The notes below the pieces were generated by a model. The model had not been told where the DNA came from. It searched no databases and was given only the letters and a program-made list of their open reading frames with translations. From NCBI GenBank assembly GCA_965202585.1, contig OZ241826.1, positions 109,740,001 to 109,804,000 on the forward strand: a stretch of DNA of 64,000 bases, in the 5' to 3' direction. How positions within the stretch are numbered: position 1 is the stretch's first letter; every line of letters begins with the position of its first letter. This DNA comes from Thalia democratica (taxonomy: Eukaryota). The position numbers were made by a program, and so were the translations under genes. This document shows positions 13,686 to 29,000 of this stretch, in pieces.

Positions 13686-14910
13686 TTAATAATAATATAA
13701 TAAGGCCCGCTATCAGCCGAGATCAGCTATGCGTGTTGTGCACAGAGAAGAAAAAAAAATTACACGTTTAAAAAAAAAAAACATGCACAGTGATGCAATA
13801 AACAAAACACAAACACAAAAAAAAAAAAAAACAATTAAGTTCATTCTGCTTCTTATTTCTTCATCTTCTTCTTCGTTTTTCAAAAATATTCCTTTTCTCT
13901 TTCTTGCAGTCTTTTGTGTATAGTTGATCTCCATTTAGCACGGTCATTTGCAAGAAACTCCCAATCATCAGTTCCAATGTTCAAGCTTTTTAGGTCGCGC
14001 TTTGCCAACGACCAACTCGCAATACAATAGAAACTTTGGGATCCGCTCAGTATTCATTCTCAGGATATGACCGAGCCAGCGAAGCCTGCGCTGACTGAGG
14101 ATAAAGTACATAGTGGTAAGACCAGTACGTCTCAATACTTCCTCATTGGTGATATTTTGCTGCCATGTAATTCCAAGGATGCGACGAAGGCATCGTAGGT
14201 GGAAGGTATTGATTTTCTTCTCCTGTACGCTAAGTAACGTCCATGTCTTGCTACCGTAAAGCAGAGTACTGCAGACACAGGAACGGTAAACGTTAGCCTT
14301 TGTTCGAATGCTTAGCTTTTGGTTATCCCAAACTCTTGCAGTCAAGCGAGCGAAAGTGCCTGATGCTTTGCCAATGCGACTATTTATTTCTTTGTCCAAT
14401 GATGCGTTTGACGCAACATTTGAGCCAAGGTATACAAAGTTATCTACATTCACGATATCCTTACAATTGGTCTTGATTGATGGTAAAATATTTGTTCCTT
14501 GACTTAGAATTTTAGTCTTCTTAAGGCTTATAGTAAGGCCGAAATCCGAGCATGCCGAAGAAAACTGATTCAGCAGTGTCTGCAGGTCTTTGGCAGAGTG
14601 AGCCACGAGTGCAGCATCGTCAGCAAACAAAAGATCACGTATGGTGACTTTCTTCAGATTTCGCTTAGCTCTTAGATTTGAAGGGTTGAAAAGGTGTCCG
14701 TCAGTTCTTGTATGAAGCTTATTTCCAGTAGTTAATGAATTAAAAGCATGCTTTAATAGCATCGAAAAGAAGATTTCAAACAAAGTTGGAGCAAGTACGC
14801 AGCCTTGCTTTACCCCACTTTTGATTTCAAATGAATCAGATACACTACCATCATATTGAATGGTTGCCCTTGTGTTTGTATGAAAAGACTTCACAATATT
14901 GAATAATTTT
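13686..14910 (-). mobile_element. 5'-truncated RTE-clade LINE
   Basis: RT ORF followed by a short 3' UTR ending ...gctgatagcgggcctta and a short (TTA/TATTA)n tail, typical of RTE 3' ends. GC is much higher than in the flanks. The 5' boundary is approximate and no clear TSD was found. Confidence 0.9.
13885..14910 (-). pseudogene. Reverse transcriptase (LINE ORF2, C-terminal half)
   Basis: Motifs GVKQGCVLAPTLF, LLFADD, YLGS, RIGKASGTFARL, STLLYGSKTW and RRLRWLGHILRM. A frameshift near 14001 moves the continuation KRDLKSLNIGTDDWEFLANDRAKWRSTIHKRLQERE into another frame. The first ~20 aa of the tracked ORF (to 14969) are flank DNA. Confidence 0.88.
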
Positions 14911-17900
14911 TTTATTATTTTACAAAAATTATTAAGCTTATAACACAAAATTTGTACAACGTCTAACAATAGTAATGACTAATATTGTAATCGGTTGTAG
15001 AGTACAAGGGTCGGCAGGCAGTTGGTGCTCGCGGGCCAAATTTCAAGTTTTCAAAATCTTCGCGAGCCACAGTTTTAGTTTTAGTGATATTTGTATATTG
15101 TTTTGGATTTAGTTTTCGTCACACAAGAGATAGCTTTACTTTTACTCAAACAATTACTTTAAATTACTTTTAGCTACACATAGAATGCCTAGTAAATATA
15201 AAAATATCTTTTGTAATAAAATTTACATTGTTTTATGTATTTAAGTCTTAATAAAATGTGTTTTTTTGTAAATACTTAATAAGAAAATCTTAATATGTTA
15301 CTTTTATTATTTTACCTAAAAGCTAACTCTCTATAAAAACCGAGCTTGAAATCCATTTATGGGTCACTTTTATACATTGTTTAGTTTTTGCTTTAGAAAA
15401 TAGTTTTTGCGTCTTAAATAGTTTGCACTCGTTAGAAAATTCAGTATTTAGTTAATTAAAATAAATTAATACCTATTTATACTGTAGATAAGCTAAATCA
15501 AATCCAAATAATTTTAGCATAGTTAATGCTGGAATACTATAATAAAATACAGCTTTAAGTATTGTAGTTTGTACTAAATTTTTTTTCTTACTTTTCAGCA
15601 TTAACTACTTTGTAAACACTGTAAAAATATACTGATATTTTTAAACGTTGTATTTGTTTTGATACTTAACAAATGTGGATAATGTTTTTTTTAATAATGA
15701 AAGGAAAATTTCTAAACAACAAATAATATTATTAGAAAATTATTATAAATATAAAAACATAATAAATATGAAGACTTAGTTAAATATAATATTTGAAGTA
15801 TTTTTATAAGTGAATTGAATCTGTTTGTCCATAGTATTAAGTAATAAAGATAAAGTTATTTAGTTAAATCAAGACGATAAAGAACTTTAACTGTGTTGAT
15901 ATTAATTTTTACAATAAATGAAGTTTAAAAAAAGTTGTCTCCATTCAAATTAAATTCGAATTAAGTTTAGTAAAATATCGCAAGATAGACTTTAATCAAT
16001 TAGGTCAGTTTGTAACTTTTAGAAATAGAAGAAAAACATAACTTAAAACATTAAAAAAAATATTTTAACAATTATTTAAAAAGAACAGAGTAAATTGTTG
16101 AAAAAAAATAACGTTTAGTAGTCTTATTATAAAAATAAAAGTAGTTTGGAAAACATTAAACATTGAACATTCTATGACAAAAGTTTGGTATTGCAGAATG
16201 TCGGAATATATTTGCCTTATTAGTTTTAGTAAAAGGGTTACCGAAGTTCTTACTGCAATCAGAAACACTAAACAAAAATTAAATATAAATAAATATATTA
16301 AAATCCTTACTTATGTAAAATAGATATGGTATAAAACTAAATTTATTAAACAATTAATATTTTGAATTCTAAAATACCACTATCATCATATATAAGACAA
16401 AAAAAATTGCTTGTTAAATAAGTAAATTTACATAATTATGAAATGAGTTCAATAAAATTCTATAATACGTTTATCGACAAAAGTTTATAAAATAATCAGT
16501 ATATATTTAAACATTTTATAACAAAATTTATCAAACATATTTCATAAATCATAAAAGAATCTATATTTACAAATCATGATGTCAAGCATTCTGTTAAATT
16601 GTTATTCTGTTGTTTAAAGTTCGCCTATTTTATTCTATAATCTTGTACGAAACAATCACAAAATTAAATGAACTGATTGAAAGAAAAGACTTTAAAAGGT
16701 TGATTTTAAGTTGCTCTAAAAATTTTAATTATAATTTTTGTTTATACATTAACGGGCAAAGTATAATATTTGAGACCACAAACTGACCCACAAGTCTGCG
16801 GCCAAATTATTAATTAATAAGGCTTAAAACAGCTGAAGTTAATTACATATTATAACACATTTATAAAAATTACAAATGTTTATTACATACTTAGTTTTAA
16901 TTTGTTTTGTCCATTACGAACAGTTTTCGAAATAGCTTAGAAGAGTATCCAAAAAATCATACACCAACGTTTAAATAAACTAATATTTCTAATCTAACTA
17001 ATAAAAGTTTTTTAACTACCTTTCCATTACTTCTTATTTAAGAAGCTACAAACTGTTTTGTATAATATATTTTTAGTTGTCATATAGTATTATAGCATAT
17101 TAACGACACTCTATAAGACAACGTTTATGTAGTTTAAACTAGTAAATGTATTAATACACGAGATGACTAGCTTGCTATGCTTTTTGACATTTGTTTTAAG
17201 TCGTTATGCTTTAAAGTTTGTTTTGCCTTAATGTGAAATATGACAAAAAAGTTAACAATTATAAGTATGGTTAGTAGTAACAGTCAGACAAATATTTAAT
17301 GTTTGTTTATAACAAGTAGTAGTTTACTACTTTTTTCTAGAATACAATAAAGTAGTCAAAGATAAGTTAAAGTAAAAAGTTACATCAGAGGAGTCAATAT
17401 AAGTTTAAACAGAAAACTACAACAAATGAGTCTATATGAATTTATGTGGAAAATTACAGAAAGGCTTTTGCGCGTGACGTAAGTAGAGAAAAGAGGAAAC
17501 ATAATGATTAAGTTTTTCTTCGTATCTTAAAAAATTGTTGTTGTGGTTGCGGGTTTTAGTTGATGGAACGGTCAAAGGTAATAGAAGTACTGCAGAGAAT
17601 AGAAGAATCGTTTGAATTATGTAAGTCTTAGCCAGCAAACAGTCACTAAGCTCGAAGAAAATCTCGAGTCAGTAATGGTAGAACTGCATAACTTTACTCA
17701 CTTAATCACATTATCGTCTTTTATCTTTTTTCTGACGAGACCTACTTGACAGTACTTAAATACATTTAAAGAAAATGAAATGCATTATGTTATATATTTC
17801 TACTTTTTGAAGTTATTATCAAAAACATGAGCATTACAACCTATGTAAATATATTGACAGTATTTTGGCTAAGCAGCTATGAATTAACTATGAATTCTGT

Positions 17901-20146
17901 AAGAAGTCGCTATTCGCAAAACTAAATTCGATGTGTTTTAATATTTTAAACTATTTCGGTCGCAATCTCTTGCCACCGAAACTGGTCGCGAATAAAATAT
18001 AGAATTTGCATAAATCTATTTAAATAAATTAAACTAAAATAATATTAGTGATTAGATAAATTTAGCTCGCTAAATATTGTAAACCGTATGTTTCTGACAA
18101 ATCTATACTTTCTAAAATTGTGAAGAAAACAATACTTATAAATGCAATATTTATAACATTAAATTTAGTATTTGTACCTTATATTATTTTAATAATTTAG
18201 TTATTTAAAGTATAACAAAGCAGTTATAAGTAATTCACTACTTATATGATTATATAGTTGAATAAGTTGAAAGTTTGTTTAGCTTTTAAATGAATAGTTT
18301 TGATAACAAAACAAACAAAAAGTCATGAACGTTTTTGTAATATATGGCTTAACAACAATTTATATTTTTGTTATATTATTAGTTTGTTATGGTTTTAAAA
18401 AGATAATAAAACAGAGAAATAAAAAATACGTTAACAGTCCTAAACTTAACTACAGGCAATAAAGTCGTAAAAATCAAAAAAAAAAAGTCCGTTGTATGAG
18501 TACAGAATGTTTATACAGTAAACTGTGCTTGCTCTTATTTACACAAAAATTATTGAACTGATGACATTTCGTTGAAACAACATAATATAAACTACAATTG
18601 GATATACTTTTACGTATTTTTTTTTGTCCAGTTTATGATTAGTTTAAGCGGTATTCAAATCAATAAGCGAAACTTACTTCTTATAAAAATATTTTAAAGT
18701 CATGCTAACTTAAAGTCTAATTTTTTTATATTTGTACTTCTAGTTTCAGTAGCTTTAAACATTGAGGTTAAATCTATACAAAACCAGTATTACCAACATT
18801 TTTTTAATTATTTTTAAGTAATGTTTCTGATATAACATTTGCTAAAAAGATAGTTTGTCATAGAGTTGTTTTTTTGTAACTTTTTTGTGTTTACACACAA
18901 AATTTAAACACAATGGAAAAAGTTAAACTGCTATTCAATTTTCAAATGATGAATTAATAAGTACTTATAGAATACGGTATTTTCAAACAGCTTTTATCGT
19001 AGCGTAAAAATATCAAATGCAAAATAAAAATATAGGAAAAGAAAGTTAAACATGTAATATGTACATAATAATAATGTCGTAAAACAGTTAAATTACAACA
19101 GTTTGAACTCATGTTACTAGAAAGTTCAGTTATTTTACGAAAACAAACTAAATTAAAAAACTAACAGATAAAAAAAAAATTAACTAACGTTACTATTAAA
19201 GTATCAGAAACTTTTACTTTGATATTTTGTAAAAAAAGGTAAGTTTAAAATTGTATAAAAACAGTTTTTTAAGACTAGTTAGTATACCAAAACTTTTACA
19301 TATTATTTTAAATACTAAATATTTGTTTTAAATTTTATTGTATTCCTTAACGGTTAGATAAACACTAGTTGTCCTCCAGTGTACCATAAATTTAAACTGT
19401 TAACAAAAGATTTAATAAAAACTCTCAAAGAAAAATGCATGTCTAAAAACTTGATAACTGATAATAATAGTATACAAAACAATAAATTAATACTTAAATA
19501 AACAGCTTAATAGAAAACTTCCGGTTAAATGTGGCAGTGATTATAATTAATAATAATAAACAATATTTCTAGACTATAAAAAGCAGAGTTTAAGTATGTT
19601 TTTCGGTAGTTATAAGCATACAAAGGTACACCAAATACTATTATTTTTTTAGACCATTTATTTAAGTGTGCTAAACTAAATAATTAAAAACCGTTTTTTT
19701 TTAATATTTACGTATTATAATATATATAATATAGTATGAGCCTACAAGAAAATGGACTTATAAGTAATGTTTTTTTTATTTTAAATACTTATACTTTTGT
19801 ATATGAATTGTCACATAAATAATAAATAATATGTCATTGATATGCGTGTTTAACTGTTTTTAGTTAAATATACTAAGTTTACTTATATTTGAAGAAGCTA
19901 ATTACATAAAGCTTTGCTGTATTACTAAATTATAAATATTACAAATGTTTATAATAAACTAGTCACTTGAGACTAATTCGTAGTACAGGTTAAAATTATT
20001 TAAGTTAATGTTTTTTAGTTTTCTGACATTTACCTTTTAATTATCTTAATACTATAGGATTATTGTAGTAGTTAAGAACATAAAAGGTTTATAAAAATAT
20101 TATTTTATCCTTCCAGTTTTTAGAATTTACAAAATATTGTGTAAGT

Positions 20147-20610
20147 CCTATGAGAAGATGCTGTAACTAAAATCTTGAAAACTTTTTTTAACTGTAAAAT
20201 TTTTAAAACTAATTATTTCTAAATAACATTTTGCTTACAAACAATTTGTTATAGTTGCAGTACATTTTTGATAAATAAATTATAAAAATATTCAAACTGT
20301 TTTATATTGTAAATCTGCTTCCCCAAACAAAATTAACTACCTTAGTAAAAATATATAAATAAATTAAAAATTTATAGTTTTTAGACTTTACAGAATACTG
20401 TCTTAGTTCGATGAGAAAAAGCTAAAACTAAAATCTTGAAAACTTATATTAACTGTAAAATTTTTATCACTGTTCTTTTTAAATAACACTTGTTTACGAA
20501 CGACTTGTTATAAACGTGGTATATTTTTTATAAATAAATAATTTATAAAAAGATCGAACTAAGTTTTTTTTTTACAAATTATTTTCCTCAAACAAAACTA
20601 CCTTAGTAAG
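20147..20610. repeat. Diverged tandem duplication, unit about 260 bp
   Basis: aactaaaatcttgaaaactt...aactgtaaaattttt...aaacaaaa...ctaccttagtaa occurs twice (about 20147-20350 and 20411-20610). Confidence 0.75.
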
Positions 20611-23600
20611 AGTAGTGCATCGCCACTGGTAAATTTTACTAGTAGTTAAAAAGGAAGTACAGTTTAAAAATTATTTTACAAGTAAAATTCTCACAAATGA
20701 AAGATACTTTAACATTTGTATTGTAATTTTGCATTTATGTGTAGAATAAATTTTTTACGTTTACTAAACAATATTCAAGTAGAATATGCTTGTAGAACTA
20801 AGCTTTTAAATATTGTTTTTCTAAACTCACGCAAGTTTTTAAGAAACAAGGGTATTGCAAATTTTGTTATTTCGATGCCAATGTTTTAAACTAACATCAT
20901 CAGCTTTGCAGAATCATAATTGATTAGAAAATCAGAATTATGAATCTTAATCAATTAAGTTCATATTTATAGTGTTCTCTATGTGGAAATTAGAAAAATA
21001 AAACTTATAGAAAATAGTTAAAGTTATGAAAATATAGAGGTTTTAAAATATTTGGATATAGATTATGTTACACTAACAGTATTTTATTTAAAAAGTATCT
21101 TTTAACGAAAATTTTAAACACAAACGAAGACTTAAAAGTAATTGTTGATAAGTTAAGTTTAATTTTCTATTCTAATTTCCTATAGTTTGTTAAGTTTGTA
21201 GCTCCTAGAAATGGGAGTTTTATTATTTAATATTTTTTAACTTTTATAAAGTATGGTCTGAGTGTTTAATGTATATTAGTGTAAAAGTGGCATACTTATA
21301 ATAAGGTATACTATTAGGTAGAAAAAAAATCAGTTTGACAAATTAATGTTTTCTTATAAATAAAGATAAAAGTTAATTACAAATCTTAAATATGTATAAA
21401 CTGTAATTTGAAATAAAAAAACTTATATGTTTAGTAATCTTATGTTAAAAGGAATTATATTAGTTACTTTTTTTATTGACAGTTTAGGATGTTTTAATGA
21501 TATTTATTGAGCAATAATGGTAAACTTTAAAGCATTCTTTTTAGTACAACTTATAACAATGACATACTTATTTAAAAAATTAACAAAAAATGTTATTAAC
21601 TACGTAAGTATAGCTTTGTAACATATTAATAAACTTACAAACTCTGCTTTAATATTTTTTATATCAACATTTTTCAGATTTTAAACAAAATTGATAAGGT
21701 CTATGAATAAAAATGTTATTACTATTTATAACATAAAAAAAAATACACGAACCTTATTATATAAACATGTTAAAAATTGCTCTTTTAAAAGTTTTGTAGA
21801 ATTTTATTTAAATTATAAATTGTAAATCAATATGAATTATAAGAAATTTTAAACTTATTGTTTACAGTAATGACTAAAAAGGTTAGAAAATAGATATGAT
21901 AATTATACCGTATTTGCTTTATGTTACGTTACTATAATAAAATGTTATCTGTTAAAACAAAACATTATATAAGTTTGTTTTATTTATTATTATTCGCTTT
22001 TTCGCTATTACATTAAAAATATTATTTTATCTTATCGTATTAGCTATGATAATAAATAAAAATACATACTAGTTATTAACAAATTAAATTGACCTAGAAT
22101 GTTTTATTTAAACTAATAAGAAAAAAGCTCATAGTATTTGTATATTCTGGTACTAATAAAACATGTAAGTCTTCTTAAAGGTAAGTCTAAGATAAAAAAC
22201 AAGCTGGGTCAGCTTGTTTTTGTTTTAGTTTTTTTTTAGTCCATTTTTATCTATACCCTATTTTAACCTACCTTAAACCAAAATAATAAAAATATATTTG
22301 AAAATTAATTTCTAATCATTAAAGTATAACAAAAATATAAAAAATCTAATTTATTTGCAAAAATCAAAATAAAATTTTATTGACGTAATCAGAAATTTGA
22401 ACACAAGTTGTTATCCTTTTTATGTCTATATAATAAGTTGTTAAGATACGTCATAAATAGTTGTTAACAAAAGGCTTTTTTAAAAGGGAATGCATGCTTA
22501 ACTTCCTTAACTAATTTTCACAACTATATTAAATTACTAAAAAAAAACTTCGTTGAGTATTATACTTTATATTAGTTATTAATTTATTAAATATTTTAAT
22601 TAACATGAGTTCTTATTTTTTTAGTTAAGTATCAAACTAATTTTTAAAATTAATTATGTTATGTTACTTTATGCTATGTTACTTATATAAGCAAATTTAG
22701 ACCGCCGTGAACTTAAAAAAAAATCAAAACATTGAAATTTCTATACTTTTTGATTTCAGTAAAATTTATTTATGTGTTTATAATAGGAAATTTCTATAAT
22801 AGTACTTATTTATGCGTGTTTCAAAACTGTTCTGAAAAAAACTTTCTTCTTACTAAATAAACCACTAATTTGAAAGTTTTAAAATTAGATATAACTATTT
22901 AATCTATTTTATGTTAGATTGTTTTAACAAACAATACGACTAAAACTTGTTAAAAAAATAACTATTACAGTTGTTTTTCAACACCTTACTAAGTAAATTC
23001 AGAGTATTATTCAACTTATCTGTTTAACAAAGTTTTGTTAGTACTATACAATCTATAGCTACTTATGTAAACAAAAAAACAACAGTTTGTAGCTGTATTA
23101 AAAAGAAGTATAAGATATATTGCATAAAATATATTTATTTTGTAAATTAAAAATTAAGAAATAGAATATTAAAACAAAATTGCATAAAATAAGGTAAAAT
23201 AAGTAATAATTTTTTTTTTTCTAATTGTGTTCGCATTGATAAATATGGATAAATGCACTAAAAATAAAATAAAAGTAGATATCAAAAACTAAGAAAATAA
23301 AAAGCAACATAATCGAAAACCCGTTGCCTAAAAATTCTAATTATTTATCTATAGTTAAACCGAAAAAATTAACTTAGTTTAAAAGTAGTTAAATAACATC
23401 ATGGTTTTAATTAGTTAGTATCAATAACTTCAAAATAACAAATTTACGGATTATGTGGGATAAAAAAAACACAGAACATTTTTTTTGTTTCTTAAAAACA
23501 ATTTTTCTTAAAATAATATATTACTTTACATCTATTATATACATCTTTTACATTTAAGAAAATTGGATGTAGTAACAATCCTAAGAACGCAAATAATTAT

Positions 23601-24357
23601 TTAAAAAACCTCATTTTTGACTTTAAAATCTTAAATAAGAAAAATTAAAGCATACTTGATGTATATTTTTTCATTGAGAAATGTGTAAGTATTTTATAAA
23701 ATCATTCGACTTTTAGTAACTACAGAAAACTTTAAAATACTATAAAAGATGAATTTCAAAGTTTAAACTAGTTCAAATTGAAAAAAAAATTGAAAGCAAT
23801 AATATATGATAAACTAGGTGGGGTATAAACAGCTATTAAATAATTAAAACAGTCTTTAAATGGGTGTAATGAAAGAGACCTAAATACCTCAATTAAGATT
23901 TATATACATGCAGAAATGCTGTCAAGTTTTACGTCACTAAAAGCTTTAAATGTTAAGTTAACAGAATGTTTTGGAAAATTTCACGTTTATTTTATTTTAA
24001 GTAAAGTTATTTAATGAAGCTCGAAAAAAATTTCTTTCTACTTGAATTATAATCATATTTTATTGCTACTAAAATTAATACAGTAAATGTTTTGAGATAA
24101 AACTTAATTTTGTAACTTATAAAATTGAAACAGTAAATTTGAAAAGAAAAAAATAAAGCTTAACAGAGATTGTTTAAATATTAGAACATTTAAAAGTTCT
24201 TAGAAATATTTATATTAAAAATAAAAGTTACTTTTTAGCAAGGTACTTTTTACCACATTTTGATAACAGACTTAAATCAATTGTTTTTAATATATATTTT
24301 GTGCTATAAAGATGCGGTACTCCGACTTTGGCTTTAAGAACCGAACTTGGTCCATTA

Positions 24358-24399
24358 ACTGGCCTAAGCAGGACATTAACTAACCCTGCTTAAGCCAGT
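24358..24399. repeat. GC-rich hairpin, probably a MITE remnant
   Basis: actggcctaagcagg (24358-24372) and cctgcttaagccagt (24385-24399): 14 of 15 pairs, 12-nt loop. Confidence 0.6.
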
Positions 24400-25399
24400 A
24401 AATCTAACTAAACAAAAACATAAATTTTTTTAAACAATATAATCATTTAAAGCATTGAAAAGAACAAATATTTGTTTTTAGTGCTTTTGTGTTGCTCGTT
24501 TTTTTTTTTTTGTAAAATAGTACTTATAAGTATACTACTTAAAAAATATTGAAATAACTGCGACCTACAGTTTACGTTTTTTTTTTGTACAGTTCGGTCT
24601 GGGAGCCCTTAATTTATTATTTCTTGTATCAACTGTTAGACAAATAAAAGATGTAATGAATATAATAACAAGAAAATTTTTGAATTTAATCTAAATAAAT
24701 CATTTCTATAAAAGTACCATTATAAATGTGAAATAATAGTATTTAGAATGAAAAGTATAATAATTAATTTAATTTTTAACAATTTTAAAATAGGGTTTAA
24801 TGTGCATTATCAAAAAGTAGTCAATACAATAATAACTTGTGATAAGATTATTGATGGCTAGACAAAAACTTATTCTTTACTGTGATATTGTTATTAGTAA
24901 GTTATATCAAAAATAAGCTATGTTTATAATTTTTCATTTTATATAAAATGGTAGAAAAAAGAGATGATTAAACTTTTTGGTATCTTCTTTTTTCTGTTAA
25001 TTATTAAAACTGTTAAGTTATTTTTTAAGAACTAAATCACCACTAAAAGTGATTTATGTTTAAGCACCTATATTTTTATGCTCTCTAAGTTATAAGAGCT
25101 ACAAACTAGTACTTGAAGACATTAAGAATTTTAAAAACGTTTAGTTTTTTAGTAAGTTTATTTTGAAGTAACTGTTTGTTTTAACGTGTATATAAAATTT
25201 AACTCTTTGCTACGAAAATCTTGATTTTTAGTACTGTGAGAGTTTTACTAGTGCAAAAAAATAAAAATTAGCTTAGCTTATCAAGCATATATTCCTCAAA
25301 ATGATTTTTCCTAAACTTAAAAACAATATAACAGTTTAAACTTGATTTTTTTTTAACCTTTATTTGTAAATAAAGTGTACAAGTTTTTATTATTTAAAA

Positions 25400-26000
25400 A
25401 CGTATCTAAAAACAAATAGTTAGTTGTGATGTAGCAATTGAAGTGTGTATTTCCTTGAAATTATACATTTAAATTAATATAGTTTTATTAATACATTTAA
25501 AGGACAAAATAGTACATATTTAAGTAGGCTTATTAAATAATAAGACATCTTAATTTTTCTTATGATTGCAATATACACTATAAAGCAAACTCTTAACAAT
25601 ATACCATTATGTTTATAATATTAATAAAGATAATAAATAAAAAATGGTCAGATGTGTTTGTAACATCTTAAAAAACATTGGATTCGATAGGTGGAAATTA
25701 ACAAGTATATAATTAAATCTAAAGTAATATAGTAAAATCTAAAGTTTGTAGTTAAATTGTTTACGAGTCATTTTAAGTTACAAATTTCATGGTTTATGAA
25801 ATTCGTAATGATTTAATTTGTTTCCAAACCAATTTGCATAATTATTTGCCTTAATGAAAAAAGATTACAATACTTGATGTTTAAATATTAAACTTGGAAC
25901 AATATAATTTTTTATTTTGTAAACGGTTTTTGTAAAAAGCTGTTAGCCCTAGATTTATTTTTTAATAGTTACTAATTTTAACAAAATAGACTAGCACTTG
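25400..26000 (+). repeat. Diverged copy of a segment repeated at about 32960-33430
   Basis: aaatggtcagatgtgtttgtaacatcttaaaa (about 25642) versus aaatggtcagttgtgtttgcaacatcttaaaa (about 33184), with co-linear weaker matches (aattgtttac, cctagattt). Boundaries are rough. Confidence 0.55.
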
Positions 26001-29000
26001 AGTCCATAAGATATATGTATATTAGACATTGCAACACTAACTAAGTCAAATAAGTTGATGTTGTTGAATCTGTATTTTAGTTAAAAGGGCAATTAAATAA
26101 TTAGAGAATAGTTTGAACCGCTATGTTGTATTAAATATTGCTTATAATACTTAAGAAAATGTATATCTTGTTCAAAAGATTAATTTTTGTTTTTGTGTTT
26201 TCTTTCCTGCAAACAAAAGCACTACCGTAATTTGAGGTTATTACTTTTGTTGTATTGCAAAACATCTAATGTTATACTTAAAAAAAGTTATGTTTTACTT
26301 CTAGTTTTAGAAGCTAAAAATTTTTTTATAAGCTTGAAAACAAACATATAATACAAATAAAAATATTGAAGACAGTTTTTGAGGCCAATACTTATGATGT
26401 ATTAGTCAACGCGTTGATAAAAAACTAAACTGTAAAGTTGATTAATCGTGCATATTAAATTTAATATTATTTAGTTTAAGTTTAGTTAGTATAAACAATA
26501 AAGGCAACTTAAACAACAACAAGAAACGCATTTATAATATTTTGTTTTTAATAAGCAATTCTTACTATAATTCTTAAAAAGTTTTTAAACATAATTTACA
26601 ATGAATATTTATTTCATTGAGTTTGTTTATAAATGTACATTCATAACACTTCAATTCGAATTAAAGTGGTATAATAAAGCTATTATGTTAATTAAAGCTT
26701 GTCTCCCCGCATACGATAATTCAAGTTTAGGCTCTGATAATTTTTACAGATATAGTTCATTTCACTATAAGAAGATCTAAATTTCTATCATGATAGTAAT
26801 AACTTTTTAAGAAGGTCCAACATTGTGTAGAAATTTTTAAAGTAAAAGTTTATGAATTTCCAGTTCTAATAAGTGATAATAGTTTATACTATTTTCTGCT
26901 TCTATAAATTTTACATAAGTTACTTTAATTTAATTTTGTTATTTAAGATTTACTAACAACATGATGGAGTCATACTATTTTATTTTCAATTGAAGTAAAA
27001 TTAAACTTTTAATCTAACAAAATTTGTTTAAAAAAAAAAAAGTAAAATTATGAAGAATATAATACTATGTGGATCTAAATTTAAAATTTTTTACCAAAAT
27101 TAAAAAATAGATTATTTACGTAATCATTTTTAATTAATTACTACTTTATCAAATACTAATGAGTGTTAATAACTTTTATTAAGTGTTATAAAGCTTTATT
27201 GTTAATAAAAATTGTTATAAAAAAATAATAAATTATTATTATTTTTTTTTAATTAATTTAAAGTTTTATTGTATAGGTTACAGCAAAAGAATACTTCAAT
27301 TTAACTGTTTATATCTGATTCAAATTTGATAACTTTGTACAGACAGGTAATGTTTAGGTTTTTAGCCCTTACATGTAAGGGTATAAAGTCTTTCAATTTA
27401 GTTAGTATGAGCTTGTTAAATTTTTTAAACTAAAATCAGATTATTTAGTGTAGGTTCCAAAACTCTGAGTGAGTTTATTATAGTAAAATATTTTTAATCT
27501 CTTTTTTTTTTCCGAATTATTTAACATTAAATTAAGCTCAACTCTGTTGATTTTCTATCTAGCTTAAAAAGAGACTGTTATTAGATTTTTTTAAATAAGT
27601 TTTTTTACATATGTGAATATACAATGTAAACAGCTTTCTTTCAAACTCTAGTAAAATTGAAAAATATTGACACTATATTCATACAAACAACAATACTAAT
27701 TAAAAGTAATCAGTTTTTTACTAGTTTAACATATAACTACCATTGCAAAATTTTTATAAAACTCAAGTTTTTTTTGTTTTAAAAATATCTGAACTGTTTT
27801 AAAACAAATTTTAACGAAACAGAACATATGCAAGAAAAAACGATATACTATTGCTATTAGATGTAAGACACCTAAAATATTTTAATACGAACAAATTTTC
27901 ATGCAAGTTTAGAGCTTTTAGTAAGAAAAGTAACTAAAGTTTGTATAGTAGTATTGTAGTAATATTAAACCGTTTTATTAGTGGAAATCTTTAAATTATA
28001 TATCTCCTGGTATTTTAAAACACTAATTATATTGTTTTAATAAGTTTGTTTTATTTTTCTATACAATACTTTGTATAAATTATTTACTGAAAAAGTTAGT
28101 ATCAAAATACTTGTAGATATACTTTTAAATATTTAAAAACCGTATGATCATAAGAAAAGAAAGTTTGTAGTTTTAATACATAAAAATATGTTCAATTTAT
28201 TACAGAACATAAGTTTTTAACATTTGTAAGCTACATTTATGTGTTTACTTAAGTAAATAATAAAACCAGTACAAATGTTAATAAATCCTTCTGTTTTATT
28301 TCTGATGTTATAAAAATTATGTTTAGTTCGAAATAACGTACTTAAAACATGTTTTGAATAATAAAGGATGTACATTTAAAAACTAAACTTTGCTAATAAG
28401 GCTAATACTGCGTTTAACTGCAAATAGGTATATATTTTCATATAAAAGTTAACACTTATAAAACTTAACAAACACTTATTTTAATGATTGTCTACGATTG
28501 TATCTATTGAACACGTATAAATTGATTAGAAAGATTCTTATTAAGCAACATTTATAGCAACATTTAAGTAGTAGCTTTTCTTAAATGGTTTTACTCTATG
28601 ATGTTTATTGATACATTAATGTCTTTGTTTGATTAATGAAAAAGGCAAACTACACTGAAATTTTTGTAAATTTTGTTTTATAACAGCTTTTTGTTGTTAA
28701 AAAGATACTTATTATAAGGTTTGAACACAGGAAAGAACTCTTTCTTTACTATAATTATTTGTTCAACATATACGAAATGTTCGTTTGGATGTTTTCAAGA
28801 AATACGTCAGATAATTCTTTCTAAAATGCTTACGTCTTATTAAATAAACCGCATACTTTAGAAGAAATTTGTGAGTGTTCTTTTTTATATAATTCTTCTA
28901 ATATTTTTTGAGAATTTTTAAAATATACAGTTTTTACGACGCACAGATTTTTTTAAAGTTTTTCCAAAATTTTGATAAAGCAGCATAAAGGCTTTTTAAA

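Noticed and set aside
13713-13934. Overlapping 73-aa and 64-aa ORFs
   Set aside because: Low-complexity poly-A/T sequence of the LINE 3' region.
15005-15075. hAT-like terminus aagggtcggcagg...gcgggcc
   Set aside because: No matching second TIR or TSD was found.
20850-20905. Hammerhead-like CTGATGA...GAAA on the minus strand; similar partial motifs at about 2180, 17732, 18549 and 45550
   Set aside because: Stem II, GAAA or the NUH site is missing or mispaired. At best these are decayed remnants.
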